A stretch of DNA of 64,000 bases from an uncultured Gemmatimonadales bacterium (GTDB lineage: Bacteria; Gemmatimonadota; Gemmatimonadetes; Longimicrobiales; RSA9): assembly GCA_963816355.1 (NCBI GenBank), contig CAWFKH010000002.1:1-64000 (forward strand), given 5' to 3'. This document shows, one piece after another, positions 8,913 to 18,284 of the stretch. Position 1 is the first letter of the stretch, and every line of letters starts with the position of its first letter. A program made the translations under genes and the position numbers. The notes beneath the pieces are model-generated. The model made no database searches. It worked only from the letters and a program-made list of their open reading frames with translations, and was not told the DNA's origin.

Positions 8913-9162
8913 GGCACCTCGCTGTTCCGTGTGGGTCTAGCCGGCGCCGGGGACGTCAAAGCGCCCCCTCGCCGGACCCATCCCGGCGTGGGGCACACTG
9001 GACGGCGCCGAGAGCGGTCAACTCCGCCCCTCGCCCGAAGCCGCAGCCTCGCGGGGCAATTGCGACCGCGCCTCGCCCGGTCCGATCTGCCCCGGATCAG
9101 AAATGGCGGCCGGCGGGGGTGAGTTGACGGCGATTACGGACGGCGCGCAGCGGCCGTCGAGC
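8913..9162 (-). repeat. ~240-bp structured dispersed repeat, copy 2 (inverted)
   Basis: Reverse complement aligns with 1448-1680 and 18498-18748. Confidence 0.9.
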
Positions 9163-9185
9163 GGGTTCGGGACGGGAGACCACGG

Positions 9186-9494
9186 CGTCCGGCCGATCGG
9201 GGCCGCCGGGAGGGACCCGCGCTCCTTTCACGCGATCGCCCTCCAGCACGCCCTGCCGCGAGAGATCCGCGTAGGCCCGTGCCACCGTTCCCGGCGCGAC
9301 TCCCAGCCTGTCAGCCAGTCCCCGGACCGACGGCAGGCGCTCGCCGGCACGAAGCCGACCCCGAGCGATCGCCTCCTTGATCTTCGCGATGATCTGCTCG
9401 TTGAACGTCTGGCTGGAGTCGTCGTCCAGGGAAATCTCGAACGGAGGCACGCCGGGCCCGGTTTCGACGTGCTTCGCGAGAATTCCGGGCTCCA
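9186..9494 (-). pseudogene. Third copy (fragment) of the GntR domain
   Basis: Near-identical to 479-787; cut by the IS21 relic on one side and the repeat on the other. Confidence 0.9.
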
Positions 9495-9499
9495 CGCCC

Positions 9500-9699
9500 C
9501 ATGCATTGAATGTCCACCCAGGCCTCCGTCGAGATCATCCCGGCCTCCGGCTGCGTCACCACCACGTGCGTCCGGGACCGAAGGTAAGCGTTTTGAGTCG
9601 TGGTCTCCGCGGCTGCGCCGCTACGCCCCGACTCGCCCGCCGGAGGGTGGGTCAGATTTCAACCGACGCGGGTGGGTCAACTTTCAACCGGCGATGACA
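9500..9699 (-). mobile_element. IS21-family left end with the start of istA
   Basis: Begins TGTCA with tandem repeats GGTTGAAAGTTGACCCACCC / GGTTGAAATCTGACCCACCC; ATG at 9538 gives MISTEAWVDIQ. Confidence 0.8.
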
Positions 9700-9869
9700 G
9701 GCGCCACCCGGGATTCACGTCCAGCAGCCGCTGGTAGCTGCGGACCAGCAGCCCCGCGCCCGTCACCAACAGCATCGCGAGCGCGATCTCGGCGACGACG
9801 AGACCGCTGCCCAGCGCCCGCGTCGCGCGGCCCGGCCCGCCCGATCGGCCTCCCTCTCGCAGCGACGCG
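9700..9869 (-). pseudogene. Internal fragment of an ADOP-family duplicated ABC permease
   Basis: Manual translation SLREGGRSGGPGRATRALGSGLVVAEIALAMLLVTGAGLLVRSYQRLLDVNPGW. Confidence 0.8.
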
Positions 9870-10255
9870 GGAGCTCGAGCGGCTCCGGCCGCTCCCGATC
9901 CTCCCCGAGCCCTTCGACGTGGCGGTCACCCGGTGGGTGGACCGGGACTGCCTGGTCGCCTTCGAGGGCCGCCAGTACGCGGTCCCCTTCGCCCTGGCCG
10001 GCCAGTCGGGAGGTCAGGGGGTGCGCGGGGACGGTCCAAATCTGGGCCGAGGGCCGCGTCGTCAAGCAGTATCCGAGGCACACGCCCGAGCGGCTCCTCA
10101 TGGACCCGGGCTGCTTCGAGGGCGAGGCCACAGGCCGCGTCCTCCCGCCGCCGCCGCTGGGGCGCATGGGACGGAAGCTCCAGGAGATCTATCTCCTGCC
10201 CGTCGAGGCCCGGCCCGTGGACCTGTATGCCGCGCTGGCGGAGGTGGCCAGGTGA
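9870..10255 (+). pseudogene. istA: 3' fragment of IS21 transposase, frameshifted
   Basis: ELERLRPLP...VDRDCLVAFEGRQYAVP...RPVDLYAALAEVAR*. Confidence 0.85.
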
Positions 10256-11036
10256 ACGCGCCGCAGACGGCGGCCCGCAAGGGGCGGCTGGACGTCGACC
10301 GGACGCAGGAGGCTCTCGTCCAGCTCGGTTTCACGCATGCGGCCGAGCGGCTGGGCGAGCTCCTCTCCGAAGCGGTTAAGTCGAACGTGCCGCCCCACCG
10401 CTTCCTGGACCGGCTCCTGGAGGCCGAGATCCGCCAGCGCGAGGAGCGGCGCGTCAAGACCTCCCTCCGCCTCTCGGAGCTCCAGACCGGCTACACGCTG
10501 GCCGACTTCGACTGGGCCTTCCAGCCCTCCCTCGAGCGCAGCCGCATCGAGACGCTGGCCACCGGCGCCTGGATCCGCGAGCGGGAGACGCTCCTCATCC
10601 AGGGCCCGCCCGGCGTCGGCAAGACTCACCTCGGGGTCGCCCTGGGCGTCAAGGCGGTCGAGAGCGGCTTCTCGGTCGCCTTCTTTTCCGGCTCGAGGAC
10701 CTCCTCCACAGCCTGAAGAAGGACGCCGACGTGCCGCCCCGACGGCTGCGCGCCAAGAAGTACATGAACGTCGCGCTCTTGATCATCGACGAGGTCGGCT
10801 TCCAGCCCATGACCCGGCTCGAGGCCAGCCTCCTCTTTCGACTCGTGAGTTACCGCTACCAGAAGGGCTCGATCCTCATCACCACCAACAAGGCCGTCAA
10901 GGACTGGCCCGAGGTGCTGGCCGGCGACGAGGTCATGGCCACCGCCCTCCTCGACCGGCTGCTTCACCACTGCCACGTCCTCAACATCAAGGGAAGGAGC
11001 TACCGGCTCCGTGACCTCGAGCGGCTCCTGAAATGA
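10252..11036 (+). pseudogene. istB: IS21 helper ATPase, frameshifted near 10685
   Basis: GPPGVGKTHL Walker A, LLIIDEVGF Walker B, ALLDRLLHH; GTGA overlap with istA. Confidence 0.9.
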
Positions 11037-11117
11037 GCGCCCGTCCCGGCACAACCAAACCCGGAGGTGAACCCTCACCAGCAGGAGCAGGGTCGTAAAA
11101 GTATGCGTCCGCTAACA

Positions 11118-11483
11118 TCGTGAGCCTTGGCGTCCATTGACACCATGTTTCTACGCCACTGCTCCTCGGCACGGATGCCGTTGAGGCGGCCCGCCAGCAC
11201 GGCCCCGACGGCATCCGGCATCGCGATGATGCTCACTATGGATTCCGAGTTGAGATATCTTCCGAATACGTCCCTATCGTGTCCGCGAGGAATCACCTCG
11301 AGCAACTGGCGGACGAGCGACGCGTCGAGTCTTTGGAGGCTGTCCAACGGCAGCTTGCGCGCGTCACGTCTTGCCTCGAGGACGTCGCTCAACGCGATCG
11401 GCCAATCGCGCGACGTCTGTTGTTCATTGCGATTTGGAGCAACCGGCCACGCAAGCCACCACCAGCATCGCAATTCTATTCAT
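11118..11483 (-). pseudogene. Lipoprotein relic, frameshifted and cut by IS21
   Basis: MNRIAMLVVACVAGCSK (lipobox VAGC), then a frame change into the ORF 11075-11473. Confidence 0.55.
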
Positions 11484-11604
11484 GTAGCCCCCAACTCTTC
11501 CGTCCGACTCTCAACCGGTGTTGACAACCTCGCAAGCTAGCGCGGTCACAACGGCGCCCGCTGAAGAACAAAGTTGGCGCCTCGTATATGAATAGCGAAG
11601 GCAT

Positions 11605-12084
11605 TCATTTGCCAACTCCGCGGACTCCTACAATGGTATCCGTTACCTCACCGGACTCATTTATGCGCACAATCGTGGGCACGCGCTTGACACGGAGTCT
11701 GCGAGCGCTGAACCCGTCCGCAAATATTGCCAACGTATCGTCCGATTGTATCCACCGCCGGTATCGCCTCGCGGCAGCCGCACTCCCAATTGCGAGAAAA
11801 ATGTGGTGTTCTGCAGGAAGCTTGTAGAGATATGCTGCGATGGCGTCATGGTGCAATCTGCACGCGGGACATTCTGGGGATACCACCGCAATAGCGTACG
11901 ATGCATCTGGCGCCAATGTAATCACGCCGCCTCGTACTGGCGCTATAAGCGTCACACGCACTGGTTCACCGGTGAACTGAATTGCTGGGGCCGGCGAACG
12001 CGTTCCAACGAGCCAGAACATGCCGATTACGAGGGCTATCGCCCAAACGGAGTAGACAGCGTTACGACGATCCGGTTTCCACAT
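11605..12084 (-). CDS. Membrane-anchored thioredoxin-like protein
   Basis: N-terminal TM segment, SPECPAC, and RVPTIVRINESGEV cis-Pro loop. Confidence 0.85.
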   Translation of the reverse strand: MWKPDRRNAVYSVWAIALVIGMFWLVGTRSPAPAIQFTGEPVRVTLIAPVRGGVITLAPDASYAIAVVSPECPACRLHHDAIAAYLYKLPAEHHIFLAIGSAAAARRYRRWIQSDDTLAIFADGFSARRLRVKRVPTIVRINESGEVTDTIVGVRGVGK

Positions 12085-12112
12085 GAGCCCGCTGCGTTTG
12101 AGGTGTTGCCGT

Positions 12113-13111
12113 CTACTCCCGGACACCGAGGAGGCGGAGGAAATCGCGGGCACGCACCGAAAAGACCTGGGAAGCGTCCGTTTCCGGATGGACCAGCCAC
12201 ACGACACGCCCATCGTTGCCGTGCAGCCGGAAGTCGGCGTCCAGTCGGCGCTCCGTGGTGGCCCCGTTGCGCACGTCCAGGATCGTCACGTGCGTCCCGT
12301 CGAAGTCCGACGGGCGCAGCCGAATCCAAAACGCGACGACGTACCCGTCGACGAGAGCGATCCCGCGAGGGCGCGGCGTCTCGTGCGGACCCAGCTCCGT
12401 GCTCGGAACGTCGACATGGTGCGGTGGTTGACCCGAGCACGAGAGAATATCGATCCGCCGCCGCAGGTGATTGAACACCGCGACGGCCGTATCCCCGAGG
12501 GCCACGCCCCTGAAGTCCGGGCCCGTGGGTGTGAACGGTGAGGCGGATGGCTGAATTGACGACGGGTCGTTCCAGATGCTGTCCCCGAGGGTCATCACCC
12601 CAAAAGTACCGAGCCGGTACGGATCCTCGCCGGGGATCCTCGCCGAAAACACAATGGTCAACTTGCCGCCACAGGCCGGGAGAATGGCCACAGAATTTCT
12701 GGGTAGGTGCAGACGCCGTTCTTCCACGAGTTGTGGCGACCGGAACGCGGCGAGTCGATTACCATCACTCACATACAACGTCCGTCCGATCCGCGCGACT
12801 CCCCACGGTGCCTCCATCTCGCCGGGGCCGCGCCCTTTGCTGCCCCGCGCGGCGAGAGCCTGGCCGGCTTCACTGTACGAGTGCAGGTACGGTGCATAGC
12901 GATCCAGGATCAGCACACCCGTCGAGTCGGGGACGACTCCCCGCACCTCCACCAGGTCGGCGCCGGAATCACGCTCGATCCGGACACTGGCGATTGCGTT
13001 TAGCCGCTCGCTCGAGATCATGCTCCCCTTGCTCCCGCCGCCACATCCCAACGCGGTTGACGATAGCAGGAGAGAAAGCATCCAGGCAGGCCGTCCAGAT
13101 GGCAGGCTCAT
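12113..13111 (-). CDS. 6-bladed beta-propeller lipoprotein
   Basis: Lipobox ALGC; GSKGRGPGEM and LYVSD motifs; ATGA overlap with the peptide gene. Confidence 0.85.
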   Translation of the reverse strand: MSLPSGRPAWMLSLLLSSTALGCGGGSKGSMISSERLNAIASVRIERDSGADLVEVRGVVPDSTGVLILDRYAPYLHSYSEAGQALAARGSKGRGPGEMEAPWGVARIGRTLYVSDGNRLAAFRSPQLVEERRLHLPRNSVAILPACGGKLTIVFSARIPGEDPYRLGTFGVMTLGDSIWNDPSSIQPSASPFTPTGPDFRGVALGDTAVAVFNHLRRRIDILSCSGQPPHHVDVPSTELGPHETPRPRGIALVDGYVVAFWIRLRPSDFDGTHVTILDVRNGATTERRLDADFRLHGNDGRVVWLVHPETDASQVFSVRARDFLRLLGVRE

Positions 13112-13449
13112 GCCGACGCCGACGAAGCCATGAGATCGCTCACGGCTCCGGCTGCAGCAATCAGGGAAGTGCCGGGAGGGGATGCCGGCTGGCAGTCATA
13201 GACGCAATGAGTCGTCTGATTGGCTGGGTCATACTGCCATATGCTACCTGTTCCATCGTCGTCTCGGCACCAGTAATAACATGAGTATACAGCATCGCTG
13301 GTATCGATTAGACATGAAGTAAGGACACACTCTTCCCCCGGTGGCAAGCAGCCACCAGCACAAATGCTACCCTCGGCCCTCGCACGGCGTACGCCAGCGA
13401 TCAACAACAACCCAGATGCTAGCATGAGTAACAGAAGTCGAAAGCGCAT
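13108..13449 (-). CDS. Secreted Cys-rich protein (113 aa, 8 Cys)
   Basis: RBS AGGAGG; signal MRFRLLLLMLASGLLLIAGVRRARA; mature part ICAGGC...EECVLTSC...SCYYWC...HCVYDC. Confidence 0.85.
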   Translation of the reverse strand: MRFRLLLLMLASGLLLIAGVRRARAEGSICAGGCLPPGEECVLTSCLIDTSDAVYSCYYWCRDDDGTGSIWQYDPANQTTHCVYDCQPASPPGTSLIAAAGAVSDLMASSASA

Positions 13450-13605
13450 TTGATGCCTCCTGGAAATGAGCTGACCCCCGATCCTGAGCCGCTTCCATAA
13501 TGAAGATTGCTCATGGCAGCCACAACCGTAGATCCTTTCAGCGAGGGCGCGATTCCTGTCACAAAAGCGAAAATCCCCCACGAAACGAGGCGCGACTGCG
13601 TGGTT

Positions 13606-14268
13606 TCAACTGCCGTTCGGGTCCAGTCGCAACCGTCTCCGGCTGGCTTCAAAGTCCTTTGACGCGGACCAGCCACTCGCCAGGAGTGCATCTCCACGGG
13701 CCACACCGTTCGCGAGCTGCAATTCGACGGACTTCACCCGCGCATACCTCCAGAGCACGCCGGGCGTGGGCCAACCCGCCTTCATGAGCTCGCGTCGCAC
13801 CGTCGATTCCGAAACCCGCCACTCCATGTACAAGCGATGGAGCCCCCGCCCGGCGGCGCCGGCGCCGGCGACCGCTTCCACGATCGGGGGGAACGACCGT
13901 GCCGCGGATCCGTGCTCCGTTTGCCAGGCCTTCAGGATCTGCGGAACGACGGAGCGATCCAGGAGATTCGAAAGGACCCGCTCCGGAACACGGGGTCGCA
14001 CCACAGCAAGGTCCAGAACGATGTCCACCCCGAGATCCTCCGTTAGCAGCGCGCGCACGAGCGGATCGTCGGCCCCCAGGGCGACGGCGACCGGGAGGCG
14101 CTGCTCCCGGCGCACTTTGCGGATCCAGGGGAGGTCTTCCAGCAGCTGCCATCGGTTCGCGCACCCGATCGCCACCGCGATGAAGCGCCGGTCGAGAGGC
14201 GGCGGCACGCTTGAAGCGAGACGCACGGGGCGCGGGCCGTCGTAGTCGAGTCGCACGAGGAGGATCAT
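13606..14268 (-). CDS. AraC-like HTH transcriptional regulator
   Basis: C-terminal VSESTVRRELMKAGWPTPG...SGWSASKDF; GGAGG RBS. Confidence 0.7.
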   Translation of the reverse strand: MILLVRLDYDGPRPVRLASSVPPPLDRRFIAVAIGCANRWQLLEDLPWIRKVRREQRLPVAVALGADDPLVRALLTEDLGVDIVLDLAVVRPRVPERVLSNLLDRSVVPQILKAWQTEHGSAARSFPPIVEAVAGAGAAGRGLHRLYMEWRVSESTVRRELMKAGWPTPGVLWRYARVKSVELQLANGVARGDALLASGWSASKDFEASRRRLRLDPNGS

Positions 14269-14508
14269 GCCTCCAAGGTGCGCGCGAAAAATCATCCAGA
14301 AATCATCTGACGCTTATCCACCCGCGTAACTCTCGTGGCGACAGAATCTTACGAGATCGGCACGACGCGCTCCCCGAACCGTGGTGGAGCGATCCGCCAC
14401 TGAGAACCGATGGACCAATGGCGTGGTGACAGTCGCAATCGGACCGCCGACTGCCAACCTGGCATGTCGCTCCGAGGACCATCAAAGCCGCCCACCCGCC
14501 GTCTCGTC

Positions 14509-15753
14509 CTACTCGTAGCGCAGCGCGTCGACGGGGTCGAGGGAAGCCGCCTTGCGGGCGGGAAAGATGCCGGCGGCGAGGCCGATGGCGATGAGGATCG
14601 AGACGGTGACGAGCGCGATCGGCCAGGAGAGGCGCGGGTTGGCGACGAAGACCATCGCCTCGTTGGTGTCCGGCAGCCCCGCGACGGCGACGACGATGAC
14701 GGCGGCGAGGAGCAGCCCGACGCCGCCGCCGATGAGGCAGATCAGCAGCGCCTCGAAGAGGAACTGGGAGAGGACGGCGCGGCGGGTGGCGCCGAGCGCG
14801 CGCTTGATGCCGATCTCGCGCGTGCGCTCCTTCACCACCACGTACATGATGTTGCCGACGCCGATGCCCGCGACGACGAGGGTGAGGGCGCCGACGACGC
14901 CGAGGAAGATCTCGATGCCGAGCCCGATGCGGCGGGTGATCTTGAGGTCCTCGACGAAGTCCCAGAAGCCGAGCGCGCGCTCGTCGTCCGGATCGAAGTG
15001 GTGCACGCGGCCGAGCGTCTCGTAGATCTGGCGCTTCACCTTCGGCGCCTCGGCGACGTCGCGCGGCCGCACCAGCAGGCTGCTCACCTGCTTCGGACCG
15101 TAGATCGCGCGGAAGACGGAGGAGGGGATGATCGCGCGGTCCGCGTCGGGGCCGTTGTTCATGCTGGTCTGCAGCTTGGTCGCCATCACGCCGACCACGC
15201 GGAACGGCAGCCCATCGAGCATGACGCTGTGGCCCACCGCGTCGACGCCGGGGAAGAGGCGCGCGGCGATCGAGTCGCCGAGGAAGACGACGCGGCGACG
15301 CTGCGCGACGTCGCGCACGTTGATGAAGCGCCCGCCCGCGGCCGGGTACATCGTGCGCATCTCGGAGAACGCCGGGTCCACGCCCTCCATCATGGTGGTG
15401 GTGGTGGTCGCGTCGGACTTGAGCACGGCGCCGAAATGGCCGTAGGACGGGCTGGTCGCGTCGACGCCGGGGATGTTCCTGCGGATCGCCTCGAGGTCCG
15501 CCTCGGTGAGGCGGATCTGGCGTCCGGCGGGCAGGCCGTCGATCGCCTTCGTCGTCTGCCCGGGATAGACGATGAACATCTGCTGTCCGGCGCCGAGCGT
15601 GCCCTCCACGACCGCGCGCTTCAGCCCCTCGCCGAACGCGAGCAGCAGCACCACCGTGAGGGCGCCCCAGAAGACGGCGAAGAGGGTGAGGAACGCGCGC
15701 GTGCGTTGCACGGCGAGGTCGCGCCAGAACTCGGCGAGGAGGATCTTCAGCAT
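14509..15753 (-). CDS. MacB/FtsX-like ABC permease
   Basis: GIGVGNIMYVVVKERTREIGIKRALGA; PARKAASLDPVDALRYE. Confidence 0.95.
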   Translation of the reverse strand: MLKILLAEFWRDLAVQRTRAFLTLFAVFWGALTVVLLLAFGEGLKRAVVEGTLGAGQQMFIVYPGQTTKAIDGLPAGRQIRLTEADLEAIRRNIPGVDATSPSYGHFGAVLKSDATTTTTMMEGVDPAFSEMRTMYPAAGGRFINVRDVAQRRRVVFLGDSIAARLFPGVDAVGHSVMLDGLPFRVVGVMATKLQTSMNNGPDADRAIIPSSVFRAIYGPKQVSSLLVRPRDVAEAPKVKRQIYETLGRVHHFDPDDERALGFWDFVEDLKITRRIGLGIEIFLGVVGALTLVVAGIGVGNIMYVVVKERTREIGIKRALGATRRAVLSQFLFEALLICLIGGGVGLLLAAVIVVAVAGLPDTNEAMVFVANPRLSWPIALVTVSILIAIGLAAGIFPARKAASLDPVDALRYE

Positions 15754-15772
15754 CGCGGCCCGTAGCGCGCCA

Positions 15773-17014
15773 TCAGGCCCCGTAGCGGAGCGCGTCGACC
15801 GGATCGAGCATGGCGGCGCGGCGGGCGGGCAGGTAGCCGGCGAGCAGCGCGACGGCCATGAGCAGCGCGCCGGTCACGCTCACCACGAGCGGCGAGATCG
15901 TGGGCGTCCCCACGAACTCGTCGATCGGCAGCAGCCCGACGAGCAGCACGAGACCGGTCGAGAAGAGGAAGCCGAGCACGGCGCCGAAGGCGACGATGAG
16001 CGCCGCCTCGACGAGCACGCGCACGAGGATGTCGCGACGCGTCGCGCCGATGGAGCGACGAACGCCGATCTCGCGCGTCCGCTCCTGCACCACCACGTAC
16101 ATGACGTTGGCGACGCCGACGCCGCCCACCACGAGCGTGAAGGAGCCGACGATGCCGAGGAAAAGGTTGAAGCCGAGGAACAGGTAGCGGAAGAACTTGA
16201 GCTGTTCGGCCGTGTCCCAGATGCGCAGCGCGTCGTGGTCGGCGGGATCGAAGCCGTAGCGGCGGCCGAAGACCTGGCGCACCTGCTCGGAGACCGCCGC
16301 CGCCTCGCGCGTGTCGCGCGGCTGATAGATGATCGTGACCGGCGCCGCGGTGGGACCGTAGATGGACGCCCACGTGGTCGCGGGGATGAAGAGGCGGTCC
16401 TGGTCGCGCGCGTTGTAGGACGAGTTCTGCGTCTTCTTCACCATCACGCCGACGACGACGAACGGCGCGCCGTCGACGAGGATCGTGCGACCGACGGCGG
16501 GCTCGTCGCCGAAGAGCAGCTTCTTCAGCTCGTCGCCCATGAACGCGACGCGGCGGCGGCCCTCGAGGTCGACGCGGTCGATGAAGCGGCCGCCCGCCTC
16601 GGCGAAGATGTTGCGCATCTCGCCGTAGGCGGGCGTGATGCCGGTCAGGTACACGTTGGTCGCGGCCGTGCCGCGCCGCGCCTGCACGCCCCACTTGCCG
16701 TACTCCGGCGACGCCGCCGCGATGCCGCCGACCTCGCGCTCGAGCAGGTCGGCGTCCTCGGCGCGGGGCCGGATCGCGCGGCCGAGGCCGAAGCCGCGCC
16801 AGGCGCGCGTCGTCTGGCCGCCGCGCACGATGGCGATCGCGTCGCCGATGCCGCGCGCGTTGCGCTGCATCTGGCGCTGCAGCCCGACGCCGAACGCGAG
16901 CAGCACGACCACCGCCGTCGTCCCCCATGTGATGCCCATCACGGTGAGGAGCGTGCGCACGCGCTGTCGGTTCAGGTCCGAGAGCAGCTCGCGGAGCGTC
17001 GTCAGGAAGCGCAT
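15773..17014 (-). CDS. MacB/FtsX-like ABC permease
   Basis: GVANVMYVVVQERTREIGVRRSIGA; DPVDALRY. Confidence 0.95.
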   Translation of the reverse strand: MRFLTTLRELLSDLNRQRVRTLLTVMGITWGTTAVVVLLAFGVGLQRQMQRNARGIGDAIAIVRGGQTTRAWRGFGLGRAIRPRAEDADLLEREVGGIAAASPEYGKWGVQARRGTAATNVYLTGITPAYGEMRNIFAEAGGRFIDRVDLEGRRRVAFMGDELKKLLFGDEPAVGRTILVDGAPFVVVGVMVKKTQNSSYNARDQDRLFIPATTWASIYGPTAAPVTIIYQPRDTREAAAVSEQVRQVFGRRYGFDPADHDALRIWDTAEQLKFFRYLFLGFNLFLGIVGSFTLVVGGVGVANVMYVVVQERTREIGVRRSIGATRRDILVRVLVEAALIVAFGAVLGFLFSTGLVLLVGLLPIDEFVGTPTISPLVVSVTGALLMAVALLAGYLPARRAAMLDPVDALRYGA

Positions 17015-17077
17015 CGTGCGTCTCGCGGGTCGACGGATCGTGTCACCGGTCTGGCGGCTCGGCCGATCGGGGCGCCG

Positions 17078-18166
17078 CTACTCGACCGTCTTCACCGGCT
17101 TCTCGAGCACCGTGTCGCCGGGCTCGAGGCCGCGCAGCACCTCGACGTTGATCGCGTCGCTGAGGCCGGTCCGGATATAGCGCCGCACGCGGCCGCCGTC
17201 GGACGCCGGCACCTCGACCCACGCGGAGTCGCCCTCGAAGGTGACGACGCGCTCCGGCACCACCGCCACGCCGCGCCGCTGGTCGATCGTCACCTCCGCG
17301 TTGGCGCTGAAGCCCGCGCGCAGGTCGACGCCGCCCAGGTCGGTCACCGCGATCTCGATCGGGAAGACCGTCGCGCTCTCGTTCTTCTGCGCCTTCAGCG
17401 AGATGCGCGAGACGACGCCCTTCACCTGCGCGTCCGGCAGCGCGCCGATCTTGATCGTGGCCGGCATCCCCTCCTTCAGGCGGCCCACGTCGATCTCGTC
17501 CACGGTGCCCTTGAAGATCAGCTTGTGCATGTCCGCCATAGTGAAGAGGACGGTGCCCTCCTGATAGCTGCTGAGCGGCACGACCGGGTCGCCCACCTCC
17601 ACCATCCGCTGCAGCACGTAGCCGCCGATCGGCGAGCGCAGCGTGTTCTCCGACGTGCTCTCGGCGCTGCTCAGCTTGCCCGTCTCCAGCAGCGACAGCT
17701 TCTCGCGCGCCATGCGCACCTGCAGCTCCGCCTCGCGGTAGCGCCGCTCGACGTCGTCCAGCTCCTTCTCCGAGAGCAGCTTGCGGTCGAAGAGCGCGTG
17801 CTGGCGCTCGCGCTCGCGCTTCACGGCATCGAAGTCGTTCTGCTTCAATTCGAGCTGCCGCCGCGCCTCGACCAGCTCCACCGGCGTCGGATCCGGCCGG
17901 ATCTCCAGCAGCGGGTCGCCCGCGCGAACGTGGTCGCCCTCCTCCGCGAACGCGCGCCGCACCACGCCCGACACCTTCGACTTCACGCTGATCTCCGTCT
18001 CCGGCTCGATGGTGCCCACCGCGAGCGCGCGGTCGACCAGGTCGTCGCGCACCACCGTCACCGACGCGGGCGCCTCGCCGCCGCCGCTCTTCGCCGCGAG
18101 CACGCCCGCCGCGCCGAGCGCCACCACCACGCCGGTGAACAGGGTCAGCTTCGTTCCACGCTTCAT
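17078..18166 (-). CDS. MacA-like efflux periplasmic adaptor
   Basis: N-terminal anchor, lipoyl half-motifs (VKSKVSGVV, LRSPIGGYV), VDEIDVG. Confidence 0.92.
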   Translation of the reverse strand: MKRGTKLTLFTGVVVALGAAGVLAAKSGGGEAPASVTVVRDDLVDRALAVGTIEPETEISVKSKVSGVVRRAFAEEGDHVRAGDPLLEIRPDPTPVELVEARRQLELKQNDFDAVKRERERQHALFDRKLLSEKELDDVERRYREAELQVRMAREKLSLLETGKLSSAESTSENTLRSPIGGYVLQRMVEVGDPVVPLSSYQEGTVLFTMADMHKLIFKGTVDEIDVGRLKEGMPATIKIGALPDAQVKGVVSRISLKAQKNESATVFPIEIAVTDLGGVDLRAGFSANAEVTIDQRRGVAVVPERVVTFEGDSAWVEVPASDGGRVRRYIRTGLSDAINVEVLRGLEPGDTVLEKPVKTVE

Positions 18167-18284
18167 GGGAGATCGGCTCCGGCTGGTCCGTCCGCGTTCG
18201 TGCGCCGGCCTCGTCGCGTCTCCACCACGCGAGCACGGCCGGCCCTCGCGGGTCCTTACGGGGGGAGGAGAGGCGGAGTTTCGG

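Larger units (their letters stand above)
9870..11117 (+). mobile_element. IS21-family relic (right part)
   Basis: istA'-istB followed by a terminal ...CCGCTAACA at 11117. Confidence 0.8.

Noticed and set aside
7428..8919. Possible fourth Cys-peptide (RCPTFITRCGSATYNRTALTSEWVCLCR) spanning the IS256 empty site
   Set aside because: No start codon or signal peptide, and it overlaps a better-supported frame.
5070..10690. Programmed frameshifting in the IS256 transposase or istB
   Set aside because: No slippery heptamers were seen and this is not typical for these genes; decay is the simpler explanation.
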